Assembly: GCA_964016885.1 (NCBI GenBank)
Contig: OZ024742.1
Location: 135,718,001-135,782,000, forward strand
Direction: 5' to 3'
DNA from: Eledone cirrhosa
Lineage: Eukaryota
DNA length: 64,000 nucleotides
The notes beneath the pieces were generated by a model. That model saw only the letters and a program-made list of their open reading frames with translations. It was not told the DNA's origin and did not search any database. A program made the translations under genes and the position numbers. The number at the start of each line of letters is the position of its first letter. The stretch's first letter is position 1. Of this stretch, positions 27,104-40,645 are shown piece by piece.

Positions 27104-27616
27104 CATATATATATATTATATATATATATATACACATACATGTATATACTTTATTATTATAAATATATATATATATATAATCTGAGTTTTTCGAATATTA
27201 ATGATAACATTCGATTCGTTTGCAATTATTCAAACATACCTCAATTTTATAGCCATGTCAGTAGAATGAACTCTACATTCTTGCTCTTGTGTTGGCAATT
27301 TGAACAGAACAGCAGACACTAATGTTTCTGGGTATCACCCTTCATCGGTACAGCTCACTGTTCACCTGTCAAACTGACAGAGCTAGTGAATCTAATGTTA
27401 TTATTAATATTCGAAATAGTCAGATTACATTTATTGTATTCAGTCATGTAGTGCGAAAATTTTCTTTTGTATATGTATATATATATATATATATATATAA
27501 TAAAATAACAGATTGAAGTTTATGCAAAGAATCGCTACTTTCACCCTTAATGGGATCTTATATATTTGATATTTATTTGCCCTTAAGATTTGGATTTACA
27601 TTTATTATTATTACTA

Positions 27617-28195
27617 TAAACGGAAAAAATGAAACGAAATTTCATTTCCCACTCTTAGTACGGCTGTTACTTAAATATAAGTATGTACACGTACATACAT
27701 ATATGTATACAGACGTACAGTAGTATGTATATATATATATACATACATGCACACATATATATATATGTACGTATGGATTCACCGAACATTTATTATAATG
27801 CTCGGTGTGTTTGTAAACAAACATCCCGTATTAAGCCGTAGTGTCTAGCAACCATCGTTGCTCGTTTGTTCAGCACTGACAAAGGAACGCTGTACTAGTT
27901 TCAAGCTTATTAGCTATCGTCAGCAACGTATACCTTCCTGCCAGATTGTTGAACGTATATACTTACCTTATGCATATTAACGGCTGAGTAGCCCAATTTG
28001 CATATCGAGTGGGTTAATCGGCCGGGTGCACCGAAAACGATAAACCAAAAAAATGAAAGGAAATTTCCTTTTCCACTCTTAGTACGGCTGTTACTTAAAT
28101 ATAAGTATGTACACGTACATATATATATGTATACAGACGGACAGTAGTATGTATATATATATATACATACATGCACACATATATATATGTACTTA
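27617..28195 (-). mobile_element. Retrozyme-like element: ~420-bp unit, ~1.4 tandem copies
   Basis: ATAAAC..AAAAATGAAA repeats at 27617 and 28040; second locus at 60684; contains a hammerhead. Confidence 0.85.
27888..27928 (-). ncRNA. Type I hammerhead ribozyme motif
   Basis: CGTTG-CTGACGA-T-AGCT-AATA-AGCT-T-GAA-ACTAGT-A-CAGCG; GUA site, palindromic stem III. Confidence 0.88.
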
Positions 28196-28204
28196 TATAT
28201 ATAT

Positions 28205-28604
28205 AATATATTAATAAATAGAAACTATATTTATAAAACCAAAATTATTTTATTATATATATTTCAAGGGCTACCAAGGCAGTCTTGGTGCGCTTTCATC
28301 AGATAAAATACAATATTTGTTTTGTAAATATTGACATAACCGTGGAAAAACAACCTTGACGGTTGAAAGTTCGCTGGATATGTCAATGTTTATAAAACAA
28401 ATCTTGTATTTTATCTGATGAAAGCGCATCAAGACTGCCTTGGTAGCACTTGAAATATATATAATAAAATAATTATGGTTTTATAAATATAGTTTCCATT
28501 TATTAATATATTGAATATGTACTCCAGTAATTTGTTGAGTGTATTATATCAGTTATAAACTTGTAAGCTTGTTGGAATCCCAACAAATTAAATATAACCT
28601 CTGC

Positions 28605-28606
<2 letters not shown>
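28205..28606 (+). mobile_element. Fold-back element family C with a hammerhead in each arm (-28246-28310, +28407-28471)
   Basis: Inverted repeat 28205-28512 plus tail; TATTTTAT-CTGATGA-AAG..CTT-GAA-ATATATAT-A-ATAAAATA. Confidence 0.88.
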
Positions 28607-28670
<64 letters not shown>

Positions 28671-28676
<6 letters not shown>

Positions 28677-28982
28677 AGGAAAAAAGATGAAATCGAAAAT
28701 GCAACTGGAGTCTTTTTTTTTTAATATATTTATTTGGTTCCTTTAACTGTTTCGCTGTTCTTCTGCTTTTCAAAAGTAGAATTGAGATGGAAAACCACAA
28801 ACCCTCCATCTCAAATCTACTTTTGAAAAGCGCAAGAACTGCGAAACCGGTAAAGGAGCCCAAATAATATTTAAAAAAAAAAGACTCCAGTTGCATGTTC
28901 GATTTCATCTTTTTTCCTTATACTTTCACTCGTGTAGGACACCTCGTTTTTTTTTCATTTTGTAAAAAAACCTCACTTTCTA
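28671..28982 (+). mobile_element. Fold-back element family D with hammerhead 3' half
   Basis: Inverted repeat ~28671-28920; GAA-ACCGGT-A-AAGG at 28843-28856; tail also present at 40360-40470. Confidence 0.75.
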
Positions 28983-29021
28983 ATATATATATATATATTT
29001 ATTAAAATAACAGATTAAATT

Positions 29022-29066
29022 TTAAGCAAATAATCGCTGCTTTCACTTTTAACGGGATCTTCTGAA
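29022..29066 (-). ncRNA. Hammerhead-like motif, CAGAAGA family
   Basis: TT-CAGAAGA-TCCCGTTAAAAGT-GAAA-GCAGCGATTATTTGC-TT-AA. Confidence 0.45.
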
Positions 29067-30521
29067 GAAGATATATATATATATATATAACTTATTACAA
29101 ATAAAACATTTTAAATATCATATTGCTCGTTAATACTTGGTAATTATTTTTTTTTTTATGCGCAGCTAATTACAAGAAAAAATCCGTAATTTGGTGATTA
29201 TCTGCACGTTTTAGAATTAATACAAAAAATAATTCATCGTGGTTTCTGATTGATCAGGCGGCTAGCATCTTTCGTGATCAACCTTTTCGTCCTAACTTGA
29301 CATATACTTGCTACTGCTATTGTTTTTAGATATTTTATTCTTTTACCTATGCCAAAGCTAGAGCAACCATTTTGAAGAATTTACTCGAGCATATCGATCA
29401 CAACACTTATTTTTTCCAGTCTATTACTTGTATCAATCATTTTTGGCGAACAACCAGATTTCGTGATATATACAAAGAGCAAACTTAAACGCAAACACGA
29501 ACACACAAAACACACATACTCACACACACAAACATACATACACACGAGTCAACCCTGATCTGTTAGACCGGTTGTTACCAATGTTTCTCAATCTATAAAC
29601 CTCCGCCTTTTTAAAGTGCAGATATCGCCCCATCTTATAGGTACTAGCGTAGGTTTTAAGGGAGATTCGACTATTATTTATTTCTGATCGAGCAACCGTA
29701 TTCAGGCTCTTGTTTTGTTTTAATATTTTCTGGCTGCTGTATAGAATTTAACGTTTATTTGAGAGCCTATATGGCACGTAAATACACAATCAGACGACAA
29801 GATCTTTCTATGAAGTCCCGTGCTTAAGACATACTCTGCCTCAACATCATTCAGTATAACGTTATACAGGATATGTAGAATCCGAGAATTTTCCTGTACG
29901 GCAATATGTTCTGATTGTGGTCAGAGTGGATATTGGTATGGTGGAGTTGGTCAGAGCGTGACATCTGCTGTTTCACTACACATATTGATGATATGCAGAC
30001 CAGTGTCTGTGTTTCTTTTCACTCAGCTTACACATTCCATTCTAATAACTTACGCCATCATTCTATTCACATGTCTAGTAGTGTACATACGCAAAGGAAA
30101 CTAACAGAATAGCATTGTTTGTATCTATTATCCATAACTGCAAATGCATTATATAGATATTCACTTCTTCATTCCATGTGCATCTCAGCTTTTGATCATA
30201 GATTATCTATCCGTCAGAAAAGAATGGAGCATCACATACTTAAGAAGCAGTAACCAAATTAAGCTTAGTAACATTTGTTCAAGGCATTTATCGAAATATG
30301 CACATATTTAGATTGCCATTTATATCTAACTGTGCATATGCAAATGTGAATATCTGCAAATCTCTGTATTTGCATATCTATGCAACCATCCAAGCATGTA
30401 CTAAGGAAGCATTATATCATTGTGGTCTTTGAAACATTGAAACCATATGCAATCAGATATGATTTTACACACACGTACATACTTACTCATATACGTGCTC
30501 GCCTATATATGTATGTGTATG

Positions 30522-30591
<70 letters not shown>

Positions 30592-30594
30592 CAT

Positions 30595-30663
<69 letters not shown>

Positions 30664-31526
30664 CGCGCGTATATGAGTAGGTATGTACGTGGGTGTAAAA
30701 GGATAACTGATTATGTATATATATATATATGTGTGTGTGCGCGCGCATGTGTGTGCGTGCTAGTATTTGCGTGTGTGTGTTTTATATTTATGTACAAATA
30801 TATTTATGTGCGTTCCTGTATATGGTATGAATACGGATATACACACATGCACAAAAGTTGAAAGGCATGTCTGTATGCGCGTGTGGATGTGCGCTTGCGT
30901 GTGTTTCTGTGAAAAGATTAACAAGACTAAGATAACATTCTAATTTCCGGAAAGTATAGGATCAACAAAGATAATACCTGTTGAAACGAAATTACGCACA
31001 AACATTAAGTTGAAGTGTGAGAAAAATATTTTCCTTATTTCGGCATATATTTGAGATATGTTTCGTCTCCTATTCAGCTCCAGTCTTGTCTTCCTAAATT
31101 AGTAAAATAGTCAACCCAGTTTATATTCAATTTGAGTTTGTATAGGTTGATGTGTAAAGAAACAACTTTAGAATGAAGGTCATATTATCGAGAAGTGAAC
31201 ATATGAGAAAACGCCTAATCTTCATGACATCAAACCGGTTGATACCTCAAAATAATTTTGTAAGTTTTTATGCCTATCTAGAATATTTCCCTTATAATTC
31301 TATGTAAGTTATGTTCCAAGCTTTTAGTTTCGTATTTTGTTTAACTCCAGATTAGCTCTGATCGGGCAAACATTTGATTATTTGGCAATTTCCAAGCTAT
31401 TTAGAAAGAAAAAAAAGAATAAATCTCGACGTGCAGAGTGTCTTTGACCTTTTTAAACTGATAGAACCCGATCCACTATCCGACGGAGGGAGATCAGCCG
31501 GTTTCCTTCAAAGAAAAAGAGAGAAC

Positions 31527-31528
31527 GA

Positions 31529-31604
<76 letters not shown>

Positions 31605-31606
31605 AA
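31527..31606. repeat. (AAAG)n microsatellite
   Basis: Directly visible. Confidence 0.95.
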
Positions 31607-32399
31607 TGAAGGAAGGAAGAAAGGTAAGAAGACATAAAGAGGGTGAGATTGTGATAAAGAAGTGAACTCAGAATTGAACTGGTACTTTATTTATTAACCT
31701 CAAATGCATGAAAAGCAAAATTGGCCTCTGTGGGTATGAACTCAGAGCGTAAGAATGTACAAATGCTGCTTTGATGGTTCTGGCAATTCACCGTCTAATG
31801 CTTATTTTCCCCTTTTTAAAAGCGTATTTAGGGAGGCCATGTATCTACTCTCTTTAGCAGTAAAAAATTCTATTATCAAAAATGTAATGGTGTCGTTTAA
31901 CTGTTGGGTAGCTATCAGGTATTCTACCGTCAAATCATTTGCGCATTCCCAGATATATACTGGATGTTTGTTTGTGTTTGCATTCGGGCATATCTCTCGT
32001 CTAAATTAATTAAAACGAGAGCACTCATGCTCTTATATTTTGGTCACTGTGGTGTCATATTATGGTTTAAGTATAGTGGGTGAAGAGGTAGGAACACAAC
32101 GAGCATCAAGTAATTATGTTATTATCCGAACATGGTTAATATATGTTTATTTATTCTTGTATTTATTTATCATTTATTTTTGTAATTAGAATGCCCTAAA
32201 GTGGTTCCCATTTGTCATTTGATCCCACTCCACTTAATAATGTGATCACTGCTACAGATCTTAAACATCCTCATGACATCCCATGAACAATCGTTTCTTC
32301 TTTGTTGTTTACATGTTGTTCTTATTGTCACTTTTTTTAATGTTATTGTTATTGTTTTCGTTGTTGTTGTTCTTGTTCGCCTTGGTTGTGTCTTATTGA

Positions 32400-32510
32400 T
32401 CTTCTTCTTCTTCTTCTTCTTCTTCTTCTTCTTCTTCTTCTTCTTCTTCTTCTTCTTCTTCTTCTTCTTCTTCTTCTTCTTCTTCTAATAATAATAATAA
32501 TAATAATAAT
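32400..32510. repeat. (TTC)n followed by (AAT)n
   Basis: Directly visible. Confidence 0.97.
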
Positions 32511-32754
32511 ACAATCACCATCAACATCATCATATTCGTCGTCGTGGTCATCATCATCGTTAACACCATCGCCGTCATCACCATCGCCGTCATCATCATC
32601 ATCAGCATCATTATCATCATAATCTCCATTAACACCACTACCATCTTCATCATTATCGGCGTCATCATCATAAACACCATGATTACCACCGCCACTATCA
32701 AGACCAACATCACCACTACCATCATTATGACGACCACAATATAAACGCAAATAA

Positions 32755-33446
32755 TACCACCATCGCCACCACTTACACTGCCCCCACTTGCACCATCACC
32801 ACCCAGACCACCACCCAGACCACCACCACCTGCACCACCACCACCTAGACCACCACTACCTACACCACCACCACCTAGACTACCACCACTACCTACACCA
32901 CCACCACCTACACCACCACCACCTAGACCAGCACCACCTACACCACCACCACCTAGACCAGCACCACCTGCACCACCACCACCTAGACCAGCACCACCTG
33001 CACCACCACCACCTAGACCACCACCTCCTCCACCACCACCATCTAGACCACCACCACTACCTACACCACCACCACCTACACCACCACCACCTCCACCACC
33101 ACCACCTAGACCACCACCTAGACGACCACCACCTACACCACCACCATCTAGACCACCACCACTACCTACACCACCACCACCTAGACCAGCACCACCTGCA
33201 CCACAACCACCTAGACCAGCACCATCTCCACCACCACCACCACCTAGACCACCACCCCTACCTACACCACCACCGCCTACACCACCACCACCTAGACCAG
33301 CACCTAGACGACCACCACCTACACCACCACCATCTAGACCACCACCACTACCTACACCACCACCACCACCTAGACCACCACCTCCTCCACCACCACCAAC
33401 TAGACCACCACCACCACCTACACCACCACCACCTGCACCATCACCA
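32755..33446. repeat. (ACC)n-derived minisatellite with CTA/GAC interruptions
   Basis: Directly visible. Confidence 0.92.
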
Positions 33447-33883
33447 TTTGCGCATGACAACGGTTACCCTTATAATTATAAGTACATTCCATCCTATGTC
33501 CTTCAAAACAAACTCCATCTATTCACTTTCACTCACAAAACATGGGTCGAAGTGAACTCCTGAAACCATTTGGCCTTGCTGCTTACATAGGTTACTCTTC
33601 TTTGCCTTTATAGATACGTGTTATTTCTATTGTCATCATCATCCTTATTCTTTATTTATCAATATTCATTTTACCTGCCTCTGACTTCTTACGCGATCAC
33701 ACAATGTGGTAGCTCACAAAATTATTTGATGCCATGATTCTTAGTCTATCCAACTTTTGTGACTGAAATTATGCTGTTGGTAGCCTTAGGACAGTCCCGA
33801 TCCAATTGCACCTAGTAATTCAAACCGCGACCACAAAGTTTTTCTCTTGGTTATAATATCGAAAGCGATTTGCCTTCTTTTAA

Positions 33884-34106
33884 CCCTTTAGAATTTAAAC
33901 CGGCCATATCCGGCCAGAATTCTCTCACATCTTTCTGTTGAAACCGGCCATAACTGGCCGCTTATACTTATGTTAAGGTATTATTCCCAAAATAAATATC
34001 ATCAAAATCTCATAAATTCAATATTTTTTATGAGATAATTATGTGACATAAAGTGTTTACCATGAAAATATGATAGTAAATATAGAGTAATGTAAATGTT
34101 AAAGGG
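33884..34106. mobile_element. piggyBac-type MITE
   Basis: TTAA (33880-33883) CCCTTTAGAATTTA ... TAAATGTTAAAGGG TTAA (34107-34110); 12/14 TIR match. Confidence 0.8.
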
Positions 34107-34534
34107 TTAAGTGGTTTAAGTTGAGATCTAACTGCTATTTCTAGCTGTCCGACCGGCATTATAGAGTAAAATTAGAAAACATAGAAATTGTGCAGAACCA
34201 GAAGCCAGAAATTGTGCAGAACCAGTATATATCAATAGTTGATTGGTAAATTGAATCTATCTATTCTTTAAATAACACTACCTGGACCCATGCGCATCGT
34301 TTGCAGAAGTCTGCTCTTATGTGAATATTCTATGTTTCTGGTTCTCTTGCTATGTTGAGGTAAACTATGATTCATGTTTTGGGAAATCTTTTTTTATTCA
34401 TTTATCCCCACCCATCTCAATGTTTCGGTGTATCGGGCAAAGGATGTAACCTCTAATTCGTTGTTCCACCTGATAGGAGGGAAAGGAAAGAAAGTCGATC
34501 AATTAAATTCCCGACCTCATTCGCTTACCGAGTG

Positions 34535-34790
34535 TGTGGTGGTGGTGGTGGTGGTGGTTGCGGTGATGGCGTTGGTGGTCGTGGTGGTCGTGGTCGTGGT
34601 GGTGGTTGCGGTGGCGATGGTGGTGGTGGTGGTGGTGTTGTTGGTTTCGGTGGTGGTGGTGGTGGTCGTTGTGGTGGTCGTCGTGATCATGGTGGTGGTG
34701 GTGGTTGCGATGATGGCGTTGGTAGTGGTCGTGGTGGCCGTGGTCGTGGTCGTGGTCGTGGTCGTGGTGGTCGTGGTCGTGGTCGTGGTC

Positions 34791-34834
<44 letters not shown>

Positions 34835-34922
34835 GGTCGTGGCCGTGGTCGTGGTTGTGGTCGTGGTCGTGGTGGTCGTGGCCGTGGTCGTGGTCGTGGC
34901 CGTGGTCGTGGTCGTGGCCGTG

Positions 34923-35011
<89 letters not shown>

Positions 35012-35023
35012 CGTGGTCGTGGC

Positions 35024-35077
<54 letters not shown>

Positions 35078-35092
35078 GGTCGTGGTCGTGGC

Positions 35093-35123
<31 letters not shown>

Positions 35124-35284
35124 ATGGTCGTGGTCGTGGTCGTGGTGGTCGTGGTCGTGGCCGTGGTCGTGGTCGTGGTCGTGGTGGTCGTGATCGTGGC
35201 CGTGGTCGTGGTCGTGGTCGTGGTGGTCGTGATCGTGGTCGTGGTCGTGGTCGTAGTCGTGTTCGTGGTGGTCGTGGTCGTGGC

Positions 35285-35332
<48 letters not shown>

Positions 35333-35368
35333 GGTCGTGGTCGTGGTCGTGGTCGTGGTGGTTGTGGC

Positions 35369-35434
<66 letters not shown>

Positions 35435-35465
35435 GGTCATGGTCGTGGTCGTGGTCGTGGTCGTG

Positions 35466-35500
<35 letters not shown>

Positions 35501-35515
35501 GGTCGTGGTCGTGGC

Positions 35516-35551
<36 letters not shown>

Positions 35552-35566
35552 GGTCGTGGTCGTGGC

Positions 35567-35602
<36 letters not shown>

Positions 35603-35617
35603 GGTCGTGGTCGTGGC

Positions 35618-35659
<42 letters not shown>

Positions 35660-35674
35660 GGTCGTGGTCGTGGC

Positions 35675-35746
<72 letters not shown>

Positions 35747-35776
35747 CGTGGTCGTGGCCGTGGTCGTGGTCGTGGC

Positions 35777-35851
<75 letters not shown>

Positions 35852-35944
35852 GGTCGTGGTCGTGGCCGTGGTCGTGGTCGTGTTCGTGGTCGTGGTCGTG
35901 GTGGTCGTGCTCGTGGTCGTGGTCGTGGTCGTGGTGGTTGTGGC

Positions 35945-35998
<54 letters not shown>

Positions 35999-36007
35999 GG
36001 TTGTGGC

Positions 36008-36043
<36 letters not shown>

Positions 36044-36052
36044 GGTTGTGGC

Positions 36053-36088
<36 letters not shown>

Positions 36089-36097
36089 GGTTGTGGC

Positions 36098-36145
<48 letters not shown>

Positions 36146-36154
36146 GGTCGTGGC

Positions 36155-36229
<75 letters not shown>

Positions 36230-36248
36230 GGTCGTGGTCGTGGTCGTT
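34535..36248. repeat. (GGTCGT)n hexamer array (~1.5 kb) with GGT/GGCCGT variants
   Basis: Directly visible. Confidence 0.97.
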
Positions 36249-36504
36249 GTGTGTCTTTGCGCTCGTCAAATTGGACCAAGGAAAAAATGTTTTTCTTAGT
36301 CTTTCCATTGCTGACACTATCTACCAGTCGCAACTCCTGAGTAACAACTAAAATCTCTCAAACCACAACTCACCATTGGAGTACGTCTTCTTGGATTTTC
36401 TGCACATTGTAAAAAGCCAAGATTGTTATGGATGGAATGCCTGTGATTATAGGTCTGCTCCATTAGAGCTGACCTGGATCTAAATACCAACAAGAACAAC
36501 GACA

Positions 36505-36505
36505 T

Positions 36506-36558
<53 letters not shown>

Positions 36559-36653
36559 TTACTACTACTACTACTACTATTACTACTACTACTACTACTA
36601 ATACTACAACTACTACTACTACTACTACTATACTATTACTACTACTACTACTA
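36505..36653. repeat. (TAC)n microsatellite
   Basis: Directly visible. Confidence 0.95.
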
Positions 36654-37464
36654 ACTAGCAAATGTCACATTTTACCACCCATCTTCCTCTTACTTCGTCG
36701 TTAAAGGAAAATGTTTCTTTGTCAACTTTACTATTGTTGTTATTGTATTTTTATCAATACTGTTATTATTGTTTTCAATTTCTTTTGCAAATGTAACAGT
36801 TTCCGCTTCCTTCTTACCCTCGCCACTTACGCGGCATTCTCTTTCCATTCTTATCATTCATTATTTTTCTGTTTTGCTTTATTTTATTTCATTTTATTCT
36901 ATTACCCTCCACACTACTCTTTCACAGACGAAAAAACAATGGCCGCGTTAAAGATATCTTCCAAATGAAATCCTACCTTAAATAACGCTGATAATTTTAT
37001 GATAATCTTGTACAAAAATAATACAAAAAAAAAAAGAAACCCATGTGTGCTCGGTATATATATATAAATACATACATACATTTATATATATATATATCTA
37101 TATATAAACAAAAAAGCGATTGTATATATATATATATATACTGTCGCTTTTTTGTTTATTTATTAAACGGTGCTTCTGCTTATTTGGACAAGTCCAAAGA
37201 CTGGGGATTACTTTAGCGTGAGAAGATTGATAAAGATAGCTTGGTGATTCTGGAAATTGTTATGGTTATGTTATCGTCGTTCTTGTGTTTACGTTTTTTG
37301 TTTGTATTGTTGCTGCTGTTGTTATTGTTATTGTTATTGTTATTGTTATTGTTGTTTATTTTATTGTTGTTATTGCTGTTGTTATTGTTGTTGCTTGTGA
37401 TGTTGCTGCTGCTGTTGTTGTTGTTGATTTTATTGTCGTTATTGCTCTTTGTATTGAATGGATG

Positions 37465-37665
37465 TTTATGGCAGAGTCTCGGACAAATGCTTAACTGTAA
37501 TTGTTCCAGCTATGTACGTTCTGAGTTCAAATCTCGCCAAGATTAGCTTTGCCTTTCATACTTTCGGAGGTCTACAAACTAAAGTACAAGTAACGCACTG
37601 GGATCGATTTAATCAGCTTTTCCCTCCCACAGAATTGTTGTCCTTGTGTTTTAGTTAGAAAGTAT
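37465..37665 (+). mobile_element. Older SINE family 1 copy
   Basis: TGAGTTCAAATCTCGCC..CTTTGCCTTTCATAC..AAAGTAC..CACTGGGATCGATTTAATC. Confidence 0.75.
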
Positions 37666-38652
37666 TAATATTGTTGGTATGGTGGGAAAAACACATTGTA
37701 ATAATTAATTGCATTCCTTAACGATCTGCGTTCAAATCGACCGGAAATAAACTTTGACATTCATTCCTATATAAGAGCCAAAATATCCTCAGGTTATCTT
37801 CTGCACACCCATGATCTAAGGCGTTCCATCTAAGAACAGCGTACCTTTTTGTATCATTGGCATGATATTGTCCACGATGCCATTTACTTTAGGAGATAGC
37901 AGTCTGTGTTTTGACTGCTAATTATAGCAAATACAATGACCCACAGGATTCCCTGTGCTGGTTTACAATTAGGGAGATAGAATAGAGGCTAGTCAATCAT
38001 ATATGATAAATATATGTGGGATATGGAATACCGCAGAAAATTATCATTATTCTTTATAAAATTATCATTATTCTTTAGAGGACATCTGGTAAAGATAGGT
38101 TTTCCTATAGAATGGTGGACAAGGTATTTTACCTTGGGATAGTTTGTTATAGCTGGGTATATACGGAGTTCAAATCTCACCGAGGTTGATGTGCGTCTTT
38201 CATTCCCCTAGGTTCCATAAACTTATTACCAGTTACGCAATGGTTCATCTAATCGATTGCATACTACCCTAAAAATATATAGGCTTGTTCTACTGTTATA
38301 GTTCATTATTATTGTGAGCCAATAACAGAGTTCTTACATAGTGGTTTCAACTGCTAGAAGTAGCTGTGAACGATCTTTCAAATTATAGATTATAATCTAC
38401 CGTCTGAAAAACTGAAGGATTCATTCAATTATGTAGTACTAGATACTATATAATAAAGATAATGACGATTTCAATCATTGGTCTGCAGAGAATGGGCTTA
38501 CCTGGAACAGAATAACATCAGCAGCGTATCAACAATGATGTTTCACAAAAACAAAATGAGATCATATCCCACCAGGTGTAAATTGGAATTTTATCTATAC
38601 GGGTTCTATGAAATATTTCTTGATATGAATGAAAAGCCAATATGAATGTATG

Positions 38653-38729
<77 letters not shown>

Positions 38730-38996
38730 ATATGTAAATATATTTATTTATATATAAATATAAATTTAGCGAGAATCGCATTTCGGCGAGTAGAAATTAG
38801 CGAAAGGCAACTTCCGATTTGTGTTGGCAAACGCTCAATGGATACGAAGATACTAGAGCAATAAACATAAGTTAAAAGGCCATACCAACTGAGACGAGGG
38901 TTAGGAAGCCATTAAACACCTAAGCACAACAAACGAGCAAGCTAAGCGGGTCAAAGAAAATAAGATATGATTATATATATATATATATATCTTTTC

Positions 38997-39795
38997 ATTT
39001 GCCACCGACGCAGTAGGCAGTGATGTTCTCAATGGCTTGGAATTTAGTCCACGCTTTGCTTTTTTCCATCCACTGAATTATTTTTGTATAAGTTCCCTGT
39101 GTCCACGTATTGCCTGGAAACTTAGCTGAGAATAGACTTCCCTGATGACGAAAGGCTTCTCCGTACATTTCTTCGGAAAGTATGTTTATTCCCTTTCAGA
39201 AACTAATTAGCTGGAGTGAAATTTTAGTAAGTAAGTTAATTTTATAATTTTCTTTATTTTACGTCTCTCATATTATTGTTCTGCATCCCCATGCATTGAA
39301 CCACAAAGTTACTAAGACAAAACCTATATATTTGCTAGCATAAGTATGCATCTGTATATATATATGTTACTAGATATACTAATTCTTTATAATTATCTCC
39401 AAATTATTTTGTCGAGCAAAAATTGGCCAAAACTTCTACTATAGTAACAGTCCGGCTGCTGTCTTCTTAACAAACCACTCTTCACTGATTGACCTCGATG
39501 TCACGTGATTGATTCTTTTGAATTTGCCACCGACGCAGTAGGCAGTGATTTTCTCAATGGCTTGGAATTTAGTCCACGCTTTGCTTTTTTCCATCCACTG
39601 AATTATTTTTGTATAAGTTCCCTGTGTCCACGTATTGCCTGGAAACTTAGCTGAGAATAGACTTCCCTGATGACGAAAGGCTTCTCCGTACGTTTCTTCG
39701 GAAAGTATGTTTATTCCCTTTCAGAAACTAATTAGTTGGAGTGAAATTTTAGTAAGTAAGTTAATTTTATAATTTTCTTATTTTACGTCTCTCAT
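38997..39795 (+). mobile_element. 525-bp-period partial tandem with two hammerheads (39138-39216, 39663-39741)
   Basis: GCCACCGACG at 39001 and 39526; TTCC-CTGATGA-C-GAAAGG..CCTTTC-A-GAA-ACTAATTAGT-T-GGAG; first copy has U16.1>C. Confidence 0.85.
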
Positions 39796-39807
39796 ATATA
39801 TATATAT

Positions 39808-40317
39808 ATGCAAAAGTTCTATTTAAATTGTTGGGATACAACAAGCAAATATTTTTATAACTGATCTAAAGCACTCGACAAGTATTTGGAGTAAATATAC
39901 GATATTAACAAATGGAAACTATATTTATAAAACCATATCTATTTTATTAGACATATTTCAAGGATACCATGTTAAATTATGGTATGCTTTCATCAGACGA
40001 AATACAATATATATCAGTTTTATAAATAAATTTTGACATACCCTTTCAAAATGCAACCGTTACTTTTGGAAGACATCAGGTATATTGGATTTCTTAGTAA
40101 GTCATTGTGACTTACTAAGATAAACAAATCCAATATCCCTGATGTCTTCCAAAAGTAACGGTTGCATTTTGAAAAGGTATGCCAAAATTTATTTATAAAA
40201 CTGGTATATATTGTATTTTGTCTGATGAAAGCATACCATAATTTAACATGGTACCCTTGAAATATTTATAATAAAATAGATATGGTTTTATAAATATAGT
40301 TTCCATTTGTTAATATC

Positions 40318-40322
<5 letters not shown>
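39808..40322 (-). mobile_element. Fold-back element family C with two hammerheads (-39940-40004, +40214-40278)
   Basis: Inverted repeat 39896-40322; tail homologous to 28513-28606. Confidence 0.88.
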
Positions 40323-40361
<39 letters not shown>

Positions 40362-40569
40362 TGTTGCATTTTTCGCATTTTCGATTTTATCTTTTTTCCT
40401 TATACATTCACTCGTGTAGGACATCTTGGTTATTTTTCATTTTGTAAAAAATAAAACCTCAATTTCTAATATATATATATATATTTATATTTGTGTTTGA
40501 CTTTTATATATATACTCATTTAAAACAACAACAGAAAGGCAGACTGGAAAATTATTTTAATTCCGCGAA

Positions 40570-40645
40570 AACACTATACATATTTCAATGGCCCACCTTC
40601 ATCATCCGAATATGATGCAAGACATAGGCGAGTTCATCAGGTGCT
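40570..40645 (-). ncRNA. Type I hammerhead with extended stem II
   Basis: AGCAC-CTGATGA-ACTC-GCCTAT..CATCAT-ATTCGG-ATGATG..GTGGGC-CATT-GAA-ATATGTAT-A-GTGTT. Confidence 0.8.

Noticed and set aside
32393-33555. Gly-rich or His-rich ORFs resembling structural proteins
   Set aside because: Overlapping frames of an (ACC)n-derived array with no signal peptide or exon context; cannot be supported without expression data.
34374-36351. 600-aa ORFs
   Set aside because: Artefact of the stop-poor hexamer repeat.
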